This document shows positions 48,956-61,806 of a DNA stretch of 64,000 nt, in pieces. The stretch comes from Chiloscyllium plagiosum (lineage: Eukaryota). Numbering within the stretch: position 1 is the first letter of the stretch; each line of letters begins with the position of its first letter. A program made the position numbers and the translations under genes. The notes under the pieces were generated by a model. It had not been told where the DNA came from. It did no database searches and saw only the letters and a list, made by a program, of their open reading frames with translations. The stretch is from assembly GCF_004010195.1 (NCBI RefSeq), contig NC_057720.1, positions 7,739,117 through 7,803,116 on the forward strand. The letters are read 5' to 3'.

Positions 48956-50590
48956 TATTATTGGGTACTTTTGATAAAGCATTAGCAATAAATCGTGGGC
49001 AACTTTAACTACATTAGATTATTAGATTAGATTTAGATTACATTACAGTATGGAAACAGGCCCTTCGGCCCAACATAAATGAAATAAAGTTATCTGAAGT
49101 TGTTGAATTCAATGTTGAGACCGGCAGGCCGTAACGTGCCTAGTCGGATATTATTGGGTACTTTTGATAAAGCATTAGCAATAAATCGTGGGCAACTTTA
49201 ACTACATATGAACTGAAAAGGTCTTACTAGTAATAGCCTGGATGAGGATTTGATGGACTGCTTTAGAGATGATTTCCAAAATTTTCTTGGGCCAGAAAAG
49301 TTTCAGTTGGCTGGACAAATGGCAGATATAACCCTTCAGTTCAAGAAGGGAGAAAGGCAGAAAGCAGCAAACTACAGGCCAGTTAGGTTGATGTCTGTCG
49401 TAAAGAAGGCCCATCAATGATTAAAGAGACCTTAGCTGCACACTTTGAGTCTTTCTAAGTAACCAAGAAGAGTTAGCAAGGTTTCAAAGGAAAGTCACAC
49501 TGAAAAATATTGCTGTAATTCTCTGAAGGAGCAACACACACCGAAGATGAAAAACACCGAAGATGGATACAAGATTAGCTAGCTCGAAGAAAAAAAAAGC
49601 TTAAACACACAGACCCACAGATTCAAGAACAGCTTCTTCCCCACTGTTATTAGAGTTCAGAACGGACCTCTCAAATTTAACGTTGATCTTATTCTTTGTG
49701 CACCTTATCTGAAGCCATAACAGTGTATTCCTCACTCTGTTCTATTACCCTGATGCACTTTGTATGGTATGATCTGCCCTTTCTGCACACAAAACAAAAC
49801 TTTTCACTGTATGTGGGTACATGTGACAACAATAAGTCAAATCAAATAAGTATGCAAAAATGGATCTTTGTCTGATTCGTAGGATCACAGGGATCTGTGC
49901 TGGAACCACAAGTTTTCTTTTTACAATTTATATCAAATAACTTGATGAGGGGAATGAAGCCATGGTAGCTAAATTAGCAGGTGACACCACAATACATAGT
50001 TTCCTATGACAACGACATAAGGAGGTTGCAGACTGCTACAGATAGGTTGAGTGAATGGGCAAACATTTTAGCAGATGGACGTAATATGGTAAAATGAGAA
50101 GATGGACTGGAAGAATGAAAAAAAAATAGAGTGTTACTTAGATGGAGAACATAGTGGACTTCTGTTTAGAGGGCTTTAGGTGTCTAGTTCATGAGTCACA
50201 GTGTTAGCATGCAGGTATTGCAAATGATTAAGGCTTATAGGATACGATCCTTTATTATAAGAGCAACTGAACACAAAAAGAAGAATTTTGTGCTTTAACT
50301 ATACAGAGCACTGACTAGACCACATCTTGAATTCTACATGGTGTTTTGGTATGTTATTTCTGAAAGGATAGAAATGCATTGGAGGCAATTCAAGGGACAG
50401 TAACAAGATTGATACCTGGACTGAGGAGGTTGGACAGGTTAGGCTTGTTTCCATTGGAATTTAGAAGAGTGAGGGGAGAATTGATTGAATCTATAAAGGT
50501 CCTGAATGGTCTTGAGAAGGTGGATATGGAAAAGATGTTTCTTCTTGTGAGTCCAGAAACTGGGGTCACGGGCTTAAAGATAGGAGTTAC

Positions 50591-50799
50591 CTGGATGTAG
50601 ATTTGCTCGCTGAGCTGGAAGGTTCATGTTCAGACATTTTGGCACCATACTAGGTAACATCTTCAGTGAGCCTCCAGATGCTCACTGAAGATGTTACCCA
50701 GTATGGTGATGAAACGTCTGAACATGAACTTTCTCGTTCAGCGAGCAAACCTACATCCAGAACCTCAACCTGAGCTACAAATCTTCTGAAAACTTTCTA
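50591..50799. mobile_element. Fold-back hammerhead-bearing element, family 3
   Basis: Arms 50591-50671 and 50680-50760; perfect TSD ataggagttacct at 50580-50592 and 50800-50812; another fragment at 62700-62759. Confidence 0.88.
50681..50722 (+). ncRNA. Minimal type I hammerhead ribozyme motif
   Basis: uca-CUGAAGA-u-guuacc-caguau-ggugau-GAAA-C-GUC-uga; stem I uca/uga, 6-bp stem II with G.U pairs, intact core. Confidence 0.72.
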
Positions 50800-52049
50800 A
50801 TAGGAGTTACCTTTTAGGACAAAGTAAGGAGAATTTCTTTCATAGAATATGCACCTTTGGAACTCATTCCCTCAGGGGATGGTGGAGGCAAGGTCATTAG
50901 ATATTCTTAAGGTGGAGGTAGATAGATGTTCCACCGAATAAAAGTCTAAGGTCATTGTGAGTAGATGTGAACGGGAGGTTTGAAACACAAATAGATCAGC
51001 CATGATCTCATTGGCAGATGGTGTAGGCTTGGGGCACAGTGGTTCACTTCTACTCATAGTTCAAACTTTTATTATTACCACTTGATTACTGTCATAACCT
51101 GCTTGTGTGTGTGTGTGTGTATGGGAGGAGGGCAGCTACAAATCCACAGTTCAATTGCTCCAAAAGGTTAAGGAATTGACTGTCTTCAACAAAGACCAAT
51201 AAGTGCAAAATTTTAATAATGGCCATGCTTTTGAAGGAACTTCAATGGGCTTTTATCAATGAGAGAGTCTTACTGTATATCGTGACATCTGTAATATGGA
51301 TATTTAGAATTTTATTTTAGTTAATGCTAGCATGCTTCCTGAGGTCTCCCTATGAGGAGTCATCATGCAGGGTGTAAAGGCAAACATGGATAGATTGGGA
51401 GACACTGTTTGGCACAGGTTGGCATGTGAGCTACAAGGAATTCTGGGGGTAAGTAGAAGAGGTGTTGGCATGACAGTGCATGGGGCTAGATGGCATGAGG
51501 GTATGTGGAGCCATGGGGTGTGGTTGGTGTATTTACACATGCATTGGCAAATGGAGAGGGTGGGGAGTGGCTTGGGGGATGTGAGGAGTAAGGGATAGAG
51601 GTCCTAGCTATATTTATTACATCTTGGATAGAGTCCAGGACCACCTTTTAATGCTGCCTCCACCATGGGTGCCTCCAGCAAACATCCCACACACTCACCA
51701 GATTGAAGGTCTGGGTATTTGGAGGCTGCTTCTCAGGTCCAGGTGTGCTGATCTGGGAAATTCCCCATCTCTGTACACCCTCCTCAGGAACAAAATGTGG
51801 GCCTCAGATTATTGGAAATTTAACACCTCCAACAATGGTCGCATTCTCTCAGTACTGAATCTGAAATGCCACCCTAGGTTTTTGCAGTCAAGCCTTGAAC
51901 CCACATACTCCTTACTCAGAGACACATGTTTGAACGACTGAGCCATGATGGGCACTAAAGGGAAACATGAAAGAGCGAGAGTGAGACAAAATGAGAGAAG
52001 AAGTCAAACAAATGGAGACAGTGCAAGCGATGGGCATAAGATTGTTTTC

Positions 52050-52740
52050 TCATTCAGTGTGGAATATTGGCTTCACTGACTTGCCAGCATTTATTGCCTG
52101 TCCCTATTTGCTCTTGAGAAGCTGCTGGTGATCTGCCTTCTTCAACAGCTGCAGTCCATGTGCTATATATAGACCCACAGAGTTGTTAGTGAGGGAATTA
52201 CAAGATTTTGACCCAGTGACACTTTAGTAATGGCAATATATTTCCAAGTCAGGATCATGAGTGGCTGGGAAGGGAATTTGCAGGTGGTGGTGCTCCTGTG
52301 AATCTGCAGCCTTTGTCCTCCTAGAATAATGTGATCATGGGTTTAGAAGGTGCTGTGTATGGATCTTTGGTGAATTTCTGCAAGGCATCTTGTAGATAGT
52401 ACACTCTGCTGCTACTGAACATTGGTGGTAGAGAGAGAGAGTGGATGTTTGTGAATGTAGTACCAATCAAACGGACTGCTTTGTCCTGGATGGTGTCAAG
52501 CTTCTCGAGTGTTGTTGGAGCTGCACCCATCCAGGCAAGAGGGGAGTAATCCATCACACTCCTGATTTGTCCTTTGTAGATAGTGGACAGGCTATGGGGA
52601 ATCAGGGGGAAGGGACTCTCTGCAGAACTCCTCACAGCTGACCTGCTCCTGTAGCCACTGAATTTATATGGCTAGCCCAGCTCAGTTTCTGGTCAACGGT
52701 AACCCCCAGGACATTGAAAGTGGGAGGGTTCAGTGATGGA
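52050..52740 (-). mobile_element. CR1-group LINE (second family) 3' part
   Basis: LSTIYKGQIRSVMDYSPLAWMGAAPTTLEKLDTIQDKAVRLIG peptide; same family at 61505-62432. Confidence 0.8.
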
Positions 52741-52815
52741 AGACAAGAAAATGATAAATAGAGTATGAAGGCGAGATTAAGCAGCCCGAGAATATTGGCC
52801 AAGGGAGCAAGAGTT

Positions 52816-53063
52816 AGCTACTAAATACAAACCGAAAGAATGAACTGTGGAGGTCGTAAATCAGAAACAAAAACAAAACTTGCTGGAAAAGTACAGCAAG
52901 TCTGGCAGCACATGTGGAGATAAATCAGAGTTAATGTTTCAGGTCGAGTGACCCTTCCACAGAAGTTTCTGATCGCCAGATCCGAAACATTAATTCTGAT
53001 TTCTCTCCACAGATGCCTCTAGACCTGCTGAGCTTTTCCAGCAATTTCTGTTTTTGTTTCTGA
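52816..53063. mobile_element. Fold-back PLE family 2 element
   Basis: Arms tcagaaacaaaaac...aatgtttc / gaaacatt...gtttttgtttctga; TSD gagcaagagtt at 52805-52815 and 53062-53072. Confidence 0.82.
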
Positions 53064-53072
53064 GCAAGAGTT

Positions 53073-53388
53073 CATAGAATCCCTACAGTGTGGGAACAGG
53101 CCCTGTGGCCCAACAAGTTCACACCGACCCTCCGAAGAGTAATCCACTCAGACCCATTCCCCTACATTTACCCCCATGACTAAAGCACCTAACCTGCACA
53201 TCCCTGGACACTGTGGCAATTTGGCATGGCCAATTCACCCTAACCTGCACATCTTTGGATCGTGGGAGGAAACCCACGCAGACATGGAGAGAATGTGCAA
53301 ACTCCACACAGACAGTCACCCGAGGCTGAAATTGAACCTGTACCCCTGGTGCTATGAGGAAGCAGTGCTAACCACTGAGCCACCGTGC
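53073..53388 (-). mobile_element. HE1-like V-SINE
   Basis: Tail, V-domain and head. Confidence 0.88.
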
Positions 53389-54467
53389 AACCACCGTTAA
53401 TGTTTTGGATTGATGACCTTGCATCAGACATTCCGGTGCAAGGATCTGACACAGAGATCCTTCCTCCGTTCACAGATGCTGCCAGACCTGCCAAGGGCCG
53501 CCAGGGTTTTGCGTGTTTATTCCAGGTTTCAAGTATTTTACTTTTGAAAAGGAAAACTTGAATGTCAACAAACGACAGAGGGGGGGGGAAAAAAAAAACA
53601 GGGGGGTGTTGGGGAGCAGAGCAACATTGTGAGTGAAAGAAAGCGAGAGAGAATCTGAGCCAGACAGAACATCAGACAGTGTGAGAGGGAAAATCAAAGT
53701 GCACAGCATGACGCAGACAATAGAATCAAGCTGTGGTGGGGAAGAGAAGAAAATAGAAAGCGTGGAGGAAGTGGAAAGCCGGCTAACATGAGTGGCAGTC
53801 TGTTTATGGAGAAACTCCTGCAGAGATCACATCCAGTCTGAACAAGGATGTCCCAATCCAAAAACAATCTCCCAGGGTTCATACTGAGAGCTCCCCAGAT
53901 TGACTAACAATATTAAACCACCAGCTCGGCAGATACAGGGAGAGTCCTGAACCAGCGACGAAAAAACACATTGTTCAGGAGAGTCACACACGACAAACAA
54001 ATGACATGCATTTATTATTGACCAGGTCATCCTTGAGGATCATTAACTGGGTAAGCTTTGATCCAAAACTGGAAATGAGGTGTAAATGGAGTTTAGACAT
54101 TTGCTCCATTCAGAAAAAAAAAGATATTTTCCTGCAAATATCCGCAGGTAAGAAAAGCAAAAAAAGTGAAAGAAAGGAAAATGACAGAGTCAAAACGGAA
54201 GGGCTGAGGTAATGGAAAAGGGAGAGACATGAAATTTGTATTGGAGGAAAAAATGGAATAACAGGGAAATGGGAAGTATTTATTTTGTAAGTCGAGTGAT
54301 TTATGATCGAGAAAGTACTGTCTGAAAATTGATGCATGCAAAACCGGTGGTAACATTCAAATGGGATTAGGAAATGAGAGACGGGAAAGGGATGCCACAG
54401 GGATAGAGCAGGAGCTTTTGGTCTACAGTGCAACTTCAATTATCTGAATGACACAGGCAGGGAGTAT

Positions 54468-54571
54468 TTTGTTCGAATAATTGAACGTTCGGATAATACA
54501 GCTTACCCAAGCATCGGGACCTTGAGATCTTGTTCAGATAATTGATGTTTGGACAATCGAGGTTATACTGT
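54468..54571. mobile_element. Tc1/mariner (pogo/Tigger-like) MITE end
   Basis: gttc(g/a)gataat repeated about 3 times; terminus ...cgaggttatactg-ta (TA plus CAGT on the minus strand). Confidence 0.5.
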
Positions 54572-55224
54572 AATTAGGTATTGCCTTCAAAGAATCAGCA
54601 TGCATACAATGGGCCTAATAGCCTCTCTCAACATTGCATCTTTTCACAGGGATCACGCAATGAATCTGAGAGGCTGTGAGGTGGGAGTGTGAGAACAGAG
54701 GCACAGCTACTCCACGTGAGATGCTGAGAAAATTATTGCTTTGTACTTGTAAAAGTTTCATTTAAAAAGAAACACACACATGCACAGCCATAGCTTCACA
54801 AACACCTCAACACAGCATCACACAAAAATGGTTTTGTCAAGTAGTTGCATTGCACTCAGCAAAAGAAAAGAAAGGAGTTGGGAAGATATTAGACCTGCAT
54901 AACTTGTTTTTCTTGGAAGTACATAAAATACTGCAAAGGCTGCTTTTGTTTCAAACATACAAGTCTCTTGGAGACACGAACTAAAGGCAGTCCTTTTGGA
55001 AAAGACAAAAGCAAGGTCAGCCAAATTCTAAAAGACGAAACAGAATATGTATGTGTTATAAAAAATAATCAAAATCTGGCTTCATTTTTTTTTAAAATGT
55101 ACTGCAGCAAACAACAGTGACCCCAAATGAAGTGAACCTACTCTTACCCCACCCTATTAAATTCAGCTCGACATCTTGTCACCTCAAAATCAAATCTCCA
55201 CATCAGCTGTACTGCCCAGTTATA

Positions 55225-56122
55225 GGGTCACACAAATGTACAGCAGGGAAACCGACCCTTCGGCCCAACTTGTTCACTTTACAGTCATTACTTTACAGTG
55301 TGGAAACAGGCCCTTCGGCCCAACAAGTCCACACCGACCCGCCGAAGCGAAACCCACCCATACCCCGACATTTACCCCTTACCTAACACTAACCGGAGCA
55401 CCCGGAGGAAACCCACGCAGACACGGGGAGAACGTGCAAACTCCACACAGTCAGTCGCCTGAGGCGGGAATTGAACTCCCCTACCCTGTGGAAAAGACCT
55501 TGACCCTATTCATGTCCCTCAATTTTATAAACCTCTGTAAGGTCACCCCTCAGCCTCCGACGCTCCAGGGAAAACAGCTCCAGCCTATTTAACCTCTCCC
55601 TATAACTCAAACCATCTAACCTGGCAACATCCTTGTAAAACCTTGGGAGAACGTGCAAACTCCACACAGTCAGTCGCCCGAGGCGGGAATTGAACCCGGG
55701 TCTCTGGCGCTGCGAGGCAGCAGTGCTAACCACTGTGCCACCGTGCCACCCACGAATGCTGTAATTGTACCAGCCTCCACCACTTCCTCTGGCAACCTCA
55801 TTCCATACACGCATCACACCCTCAGCTTGAAACAGGTGCCTCTTCTGTCCCTTCCCCTCTCACTTTAAACCTATGCCCTCTAGTTTTGGACTCCCCTGCC
55901 CTGGGGAAAAGACCTTGACCCTATTCATGTCCCTCATAATTTTATAAACCTCTGTAAGGTCACCCCTCAGCCTCCGACGCTCCAGGGAAAACAGCTCCAG
56001 CCTATTTAACCTCTCCCTATAACTCAAACCCTCTAGACCTGGCAACATCCTTGTAAAACCTTTCTGAACCCTTTCAAGTTTCATAACACTTTCCTATAGC
56101 AGGGAGACCAGAACTGAACACA
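55225..56122 (-). mobile_element. Interleaved CR1 and HE1 fragments with a duplicated CR1 segment
   Basis: 55480-55642 repeats 55895-56062; HE1 pieces at 55285-55480 and 55645-55750. Confidence 0.85.
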
Positions 56123-57384
56123 ATTGCTGAAACCTAAATCCTTTATGAGCGTGCATTTGTTCCAACTAAGAAAAATGAGTGGAAAACAGGTATTTAGCAA
56201 GTGTTTCATGAATATGCATCAACTGACAAAACCCTTGCAGACTAATGACTGCTGTTAAGGCTCCTTGTTCTGAATATGAACGACAGGAGGTCACCCAGGC
56301 TGATATCGCACCAATAAATTACTTTCATTCATAGAAAGGCCAAACTCTTTCCCTCCACTACCAGGTCCATTAGTCACTGTGAGCAACTTCTCAACATTTA
56401 TCATTAATGGCCCTTTAAAAAAAATGGTAATTATTACCTAGTCACATCACAGCATGTTCCACTTTTCACAGAAGATATTAAAATTCTGACTGCAAAATTA
56501 AATCTGGACTAAATCTGGGAAGAAATGTATATCAAATATGACATTTAATATTTCAGCAACCTCAATTAGATTCATCCAAGAGCATAAGTTTGTCAAATGT
56601 TCTTAAAGGAAACAAGATTCCTTTCCTTAAAAAAAACTTACATTATCCTCTTATAAAAGATGACTTGTCTCGTACTTATAATTTACCTGGGCATTTGGTT
56701 GAACTGAAGCCAAATCATTCAGAACTCCCCATTACTTCTTCGTGGCCTCTAAATGAACACAAGGTGATCCAGATTGTCTCCACATTTTGTATTAAAATAC
56801 AGAGCGCAGCAAAAGCTCTCACATTCCTGAGAAGAGCAAGCCGGGTATGAAGGTGCAAAGCGATGGAGGAACTGTAGGGATCCACAGGGCACTGGGTGAG
56901 ATACATCGGGGGCAGCAAGGAAATGACTAACAAGCACATGTGACTCATAGCACCTTCAAATTCAGTGTTACACTGCGTAATACATTATCCTGCTGTAAAG
57001 GCAACACAGTTGGTAAGCGGTGTGTCACTTTAAGGCCAGAAAAACCAACAGCTGCACAGTCCAGAGGTCGGTTCGAGGGTAATTGCATGGCCAGGCATTG
57101 TGAAGTCAATACCGTGCATATTTTCTGTTGTTTGTGAAGTATCTGTGGGATCCATAAGAAATAGGAACAGGAGTAGGAGTAAGGCTTTCAGTCCCAGGGA
57201 AAAGACCTTGTCTATTTATCCTATCCATGTCCCTCAAGCCTGCTTTACCATTCAATATGAACATGGCTGATCCAATACTCCTTGTTCCACTTTTCTGCCC
57301 TTTCCCCATAACCCTTGATTCCCCAAATGATCAAGAGTCTATCTATCTCAGCCTTAAATATACACAGGACTCTGCCCCACAGTG

Positions 57385-57870
57385 AAAATTAGAAAAGATG
57401 TGCAAGGATTTTGCCAGGGTTGGAGGATTTGAGTTATGGGGAGAGGTTGAACAGGCTGGGGCTGTTTTGCCTGGAGCATCAGAGGCTGAGGGGTGACCTT
57501 ATAGAGGTTTATAAAATCATGAGGGACATGGATAGGATAAATAGACAAGGTCTTTTCCCTGGGGTTGGAGAGTCCAGAACTAGACGGCAAAGGTTTAAGA
57601 TGAGCGGGGAAAGATATAAAAGAGGTCTAAGGGACAACTTTTCCACACAGAGGGTGGTACGTGTATGGAATGAGCTGCTAGACAAAGTGATGGAGGCTGG
57701 TACAATTGCAACATTTAAAAGGCATCTGGATGGGTATATGAATAGAAAGGTTTCAGAGGGATATGGGCCAGGTGCTGACAGATGGGGCTAGATTTGGTTA
57801 GGATATCTGGTTGGCATGAACAAGTTGGACCGAAGGGTCTGTTTCCGTGCTGTACATCTCTATGACTCGA
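57385..57870 (+). mobile_element. Young CR1 3' end inserted in an older minus-strand CR1 (57150-58080)
   Basis: ORF 57411-57791 PGLEDLSYGERLNRLGLF...WNELLDKV. Confidence 0.9.
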
Positions 57871-58332
57871 AGGAGTTCCAAAAATTCTCAACCGTCAGAG
57901 AGAAGAAATTCCTCTTAATTTGGTGCCCCTTTATTCTGAGACTCTCCTTTTGTTCCTATGCTCTCCCATGAGGGGAAACATCCTCACAGAATCTACCCTG
58001 TCATGTACCTGAGGAATTCATAATTCAATGAGGTCAATTCTTCTCAATGCCAGTGAGGAAGAGACCCAACCTGTTGATCTCCTTTAACTGAGTGACATGT
58101 GAAGGTTGACCCACCTGCCTGTGAGAGCAAGTTTAAGAGTCTTCATCTCCAATCTGGAACTTCACTTTCAGGACTATGGATTGTTGGATCAGTCCGAAAG
58201 TTCAGTCTCTGGCCAGTGTCCCTATCTTATGCATTTCCACACGGAGAGTTTCCCTTACAAAAGTAACACATTGTTCAGTCAATGCTCCTATGAATCTTCT
58301 TACCTAAATTCCACGCAGGCTACCTTGCACAT

Positions 58333-58735
58333 TCATAGAACACAGAACATAAAACATTACAGCACAGTACAGGCCCTTCAGCCTTCAATGTTGTGCTGAC
58401 CTGTGGAACCAATCTGAAGCCCATCTAACTTACACTATTCCATTGTCATCCATATGTTTATCCAATGGCCATTTAAATGCCCTTAAAGTTGGCGAGTCTA
58501 CTACTGTTGCAGGCAGGGTGTTCCACGCCTACTACTCTCTGATTAAAGAAACTACCTCTGGCATCTGTCCTATTTCTAATCGCCCCTCAATTTATAGCTA
58601 TGTCTCCTCGTGCTCGCCATCACCATCCGAGGAAAAAGGCTCTCACTGTCCACCTGATCTAACCCTCTGATTATCTTATAATGTCTCAATTAAGTCATCT
58701 CGCAACCTTGAGCGCAAACAGCCTCAAATTCCTCA
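58333..58735 (-). mobile_element. CR1 3' end (catagaacatagaac-type tail)
   Basis: catagaacacagaaca...acagcacagtacaggcccttc. Confidence 0.75.
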
Positions 58736-59394
58736 CTAGATTCTGTGCCTGAAGTGAAGAAAGAGTGCAAACCTTCTTTCCTAGAAAATCAAAAGTGTGG
58801 AACAGATTAAACTCTGCGTTCCTTCCTTTAAAAATCTGTGGGATTTTAAACCTCAAGAGGTGACTGGAGTATTCTTGGTATTGTCACGCTAGTGTAGAAT
58901 CTGAGGTCAGGAAAGCATGAGCTTTCTTGAAACACATCTCACTGTGGGGTATTCCTTACCATGAAGTTGTATGAGAGTGAGAAAGATTTGCCACATGGCA
59001 TCAATTCCTGTCATGATGCATCTTACGCAGTTAGATTTAATCACTTCTATTACAATGAAATCACTTACGCAGAATTTCTCAACCAATCATTTCCTTCCTC
59101 TCAGTCAAATCCTTCAGTCAGTTTGGCATGTGGCAGTTAAAATAGCAAATGATTAAGGATGGGGAAAAGTCTGAAAATGCTGCAAGGGAGACTGAAGAGG
59201 TATACTAAACTTCCCACAGATTCATTGTATGCACTAGTGACCAGGCAACAAAGTAATGGCAACAATACTGTCTAAAGAGATCAGCAGTTATGAGTAGAGT
59301 TCTGTGACTCCCATCTTGCTGATTATTCTGAGTGTACAGATACATCATCGAGCATCTTAAGACTGTACTGCTGCCCTGTTGAACAATGACAGGA

Positions 59395-59885
59395 TTGTTA
59401 TGCTACAGAAGGAGGCCATTTCGCCCATCACGCCTGTATCACTTCCATTCCCCATTTCCCCACACATCATTTCTACCTAAATAATCAACAAATGCCCCTT
59501 TTGATTGCCTCTATTGAACCTGCCTCCACCACATTTTAAGGCAGAGCACTCCATTTGTTAAATACTCGCTGGGAGAAAAAAGTTTTTTCCTCATATCACT
59601 GTTGCTTCCTTTGCACACCACTTTAAAATCTATTCCCCCTCATTCTTGTTGCTTTTACAAACAGGAACAGCATTGCCCGATCTTCTCGGTTCAGGCCGCT
59701 CACGATTTTGAAAACCTCTATTAAGTCTGCGCTTCTTCTTTCCAAGGAGAAATTCTTCCATCTGTAGTTTCTCATTCCTGGAATCATTCTTGTAAATTGC
59801 TTCTGCACTCTCTTCAATGCATTCACATCTTTCCTACAATAGTGGCACCCACAATTGCACACAATATTCCAATTGAGATATAACA
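59395..59885 (-). mobile_element. CR1 fragment
   Basis: RKDVNALKRVQKQFTRMIPGMR peptide. Confidence 0.8.
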
Positions 59886-60087
59886 AGATTAGCTGCTGAT
59901 CGGATCCATTTCCTCCCCACAGGCACCCAAAAATGATCTATCAATTTTAATTGTTCCAACGAAAGTAACTTGTTGTGTCAAGCCCTTTGAGGCAATAACA
60001 CATAGCAAGAGACTTCAGCAGGACTGACTATTCAGGCAAAGTCTGAGCCTGAGCCACATATGGTGACATGAATGGAGATATGGAGAT

Positions 60088-60430
60088 GGGAGGCACAGCA
60101 GCTCAGTGGTTAGTACTACTGCTGCATGGCACCAGGGACCTGGGTTCAATTCCAAGCTTGGGTGACTATCTGTTTGGAGTTTGTACATTGTCCCTATGTG
60201 AGTTTCCTCCAGGTGCTCCAGTTTCCTCACACAGTCTGAAGATGTCCAGGTTACATGGACTGGACATGGGAGCTTGCCCATAGCGTCCAGGGACATGCAG
60301 ACTAGGTGGATTAGCTGTGGGAAATGCAGGGTTACAGGGTAGCAGGGTGTGTATGGGTGGGATGTGCTGAGGGTTGGTATGGACTCAATGGGCTGAATGG
60401 CCTCCTTCCACACCTATAAGGATTCTATGA
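60088..60430 (+). mobile_element. Older HE1-like SINE
   Basis: gctcagtggttag...gggttcaattcc head; tail gggctgaatggcc...gattctatga. Confidence 0.82.
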
Positions 60431-61806
60431 TTAAAAGAAGTGAACAAATGCTTGGTCAAAAGGAGAGAATTGAAGGAACACCGCTAAGAAATACTGAGGC
60501 AGAGTAAGGTTTAGGAAAACAGAACAGGTTAAGACTAGGTAGGAACATATATAGCTGGCAATGGTAGAGGAATGGAAATGCAAAGCACAACAGTTCAGAA
60601 TTAGAGAAGCAGAGAGGTTTGAGTTGAGAGTCAGGCGGAAACCATATCCTGGACATATTTGCCAAACCAAGCTTCAAAATATTATCAGACTGGGAGACAA
60701 TTCAGGTCAGCAGATACAGGGGAAGGACAGCTCAACAGAACATTTTCTTTTTGAAATTCATTCACAGGATGTTGGCATCACTGGCTAGGTCAGCATTTAT
60801 TGCCTGTTCTTAATTGCCCAAAGGGCAGTTAAGAGTCAACCACATTGCTGTGTGTCTGGAGTCACATGTAAGTCAGAGCAGGTAAGGATGGCAGATTTTT
60901 TCCCCTAAAGGACAAACAATGGTTATCAGGTTACACTTAAGCCACTTTTTCTTTCCAGGTTTTTATTGACTTAAATCTTAACATCTTCTATGATGGGACT
61001 TAAACCAATGTCCCCATAACATTACCTAGGGCGCTGGATTACTAGCCCAATAACGTTACCACTACGCAACCACATCCTGTCCCTTGGTGAGAATGTTAAT
61101 AGATCAGTAGAGGGTGAAAAGTGGCTCTACTGGCCAAAAGCAAGAATCAGTTTGTATCTCTCAGGTATTGAGGAGAGTGACCTCTACGCAGGTATAAAAG
61201 TCGACAGGAGGCATTTCAAACAGGAGAACCATATCATCACAACATGCAGCAGCTCAAATGATGAACAGGAGCATTAATGTGGTCAACTATAAAAATCGCT
61301 GAGCAATCACAGCACAGATGTCCCACTAAGCTACCAAAATCCATTTAATTGGGCCTGGCATTTGTCTCCTCACATATCCAGAGCTCACCAATCAGCAAAA
61401 GGACAGTTCACAGGAAACATTGTCACCACATTCCATCACTGGAATTTGATGGCTTGTGTTCCTGGTCTATCTTCTACTGGCTGATGTTGGTGTTCACCCA
61501 GCATTCGTTATTTATTCATTTGTGCGGTGTGGGCATTGCTGTCTGGGCCCAGCATTTATTTCCAGTCCCTAGTTGCTCCTTGAGAAGGTGGGGATGAGAT
61601 GCCTCCTTGAACTGCTGCAGTCCACCTGCTGTGGGTTGACCCACAATGCCATTAGGGAGGGAACACCAGGATTCTGACCTAGCAACACTGAAGGAATGGT
61701 GATATACATCTAAGTCAGGATGGCGAGTGGCTGGGAGGGGAACATACAGGGGGTGGTGTTCCCATACACCTACTGCCTTTGCCCTTCTAGATGGAAGTGG
61801 TTTGGA

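Larger units (their letters stand above)
49240..51060 (+). mobile_element. Degenerate CR1 ORF2/RT fragment interrupted by a Rex tail and a fold-back element
   Basis: aactacaggccagttag, ggatctgtgctggaacc and gctaaattagcaggtgacac resemble RT motifs; EAIQGTVTRLIPGL..RLDRLGLFPLEFRR peptide. Confidence 0.75.

Noticed and set aside
56687..56826. Minus-strand exon candidate (ctcttctcag ... gtaaat)
   Set aside because: Stops in all three frames.
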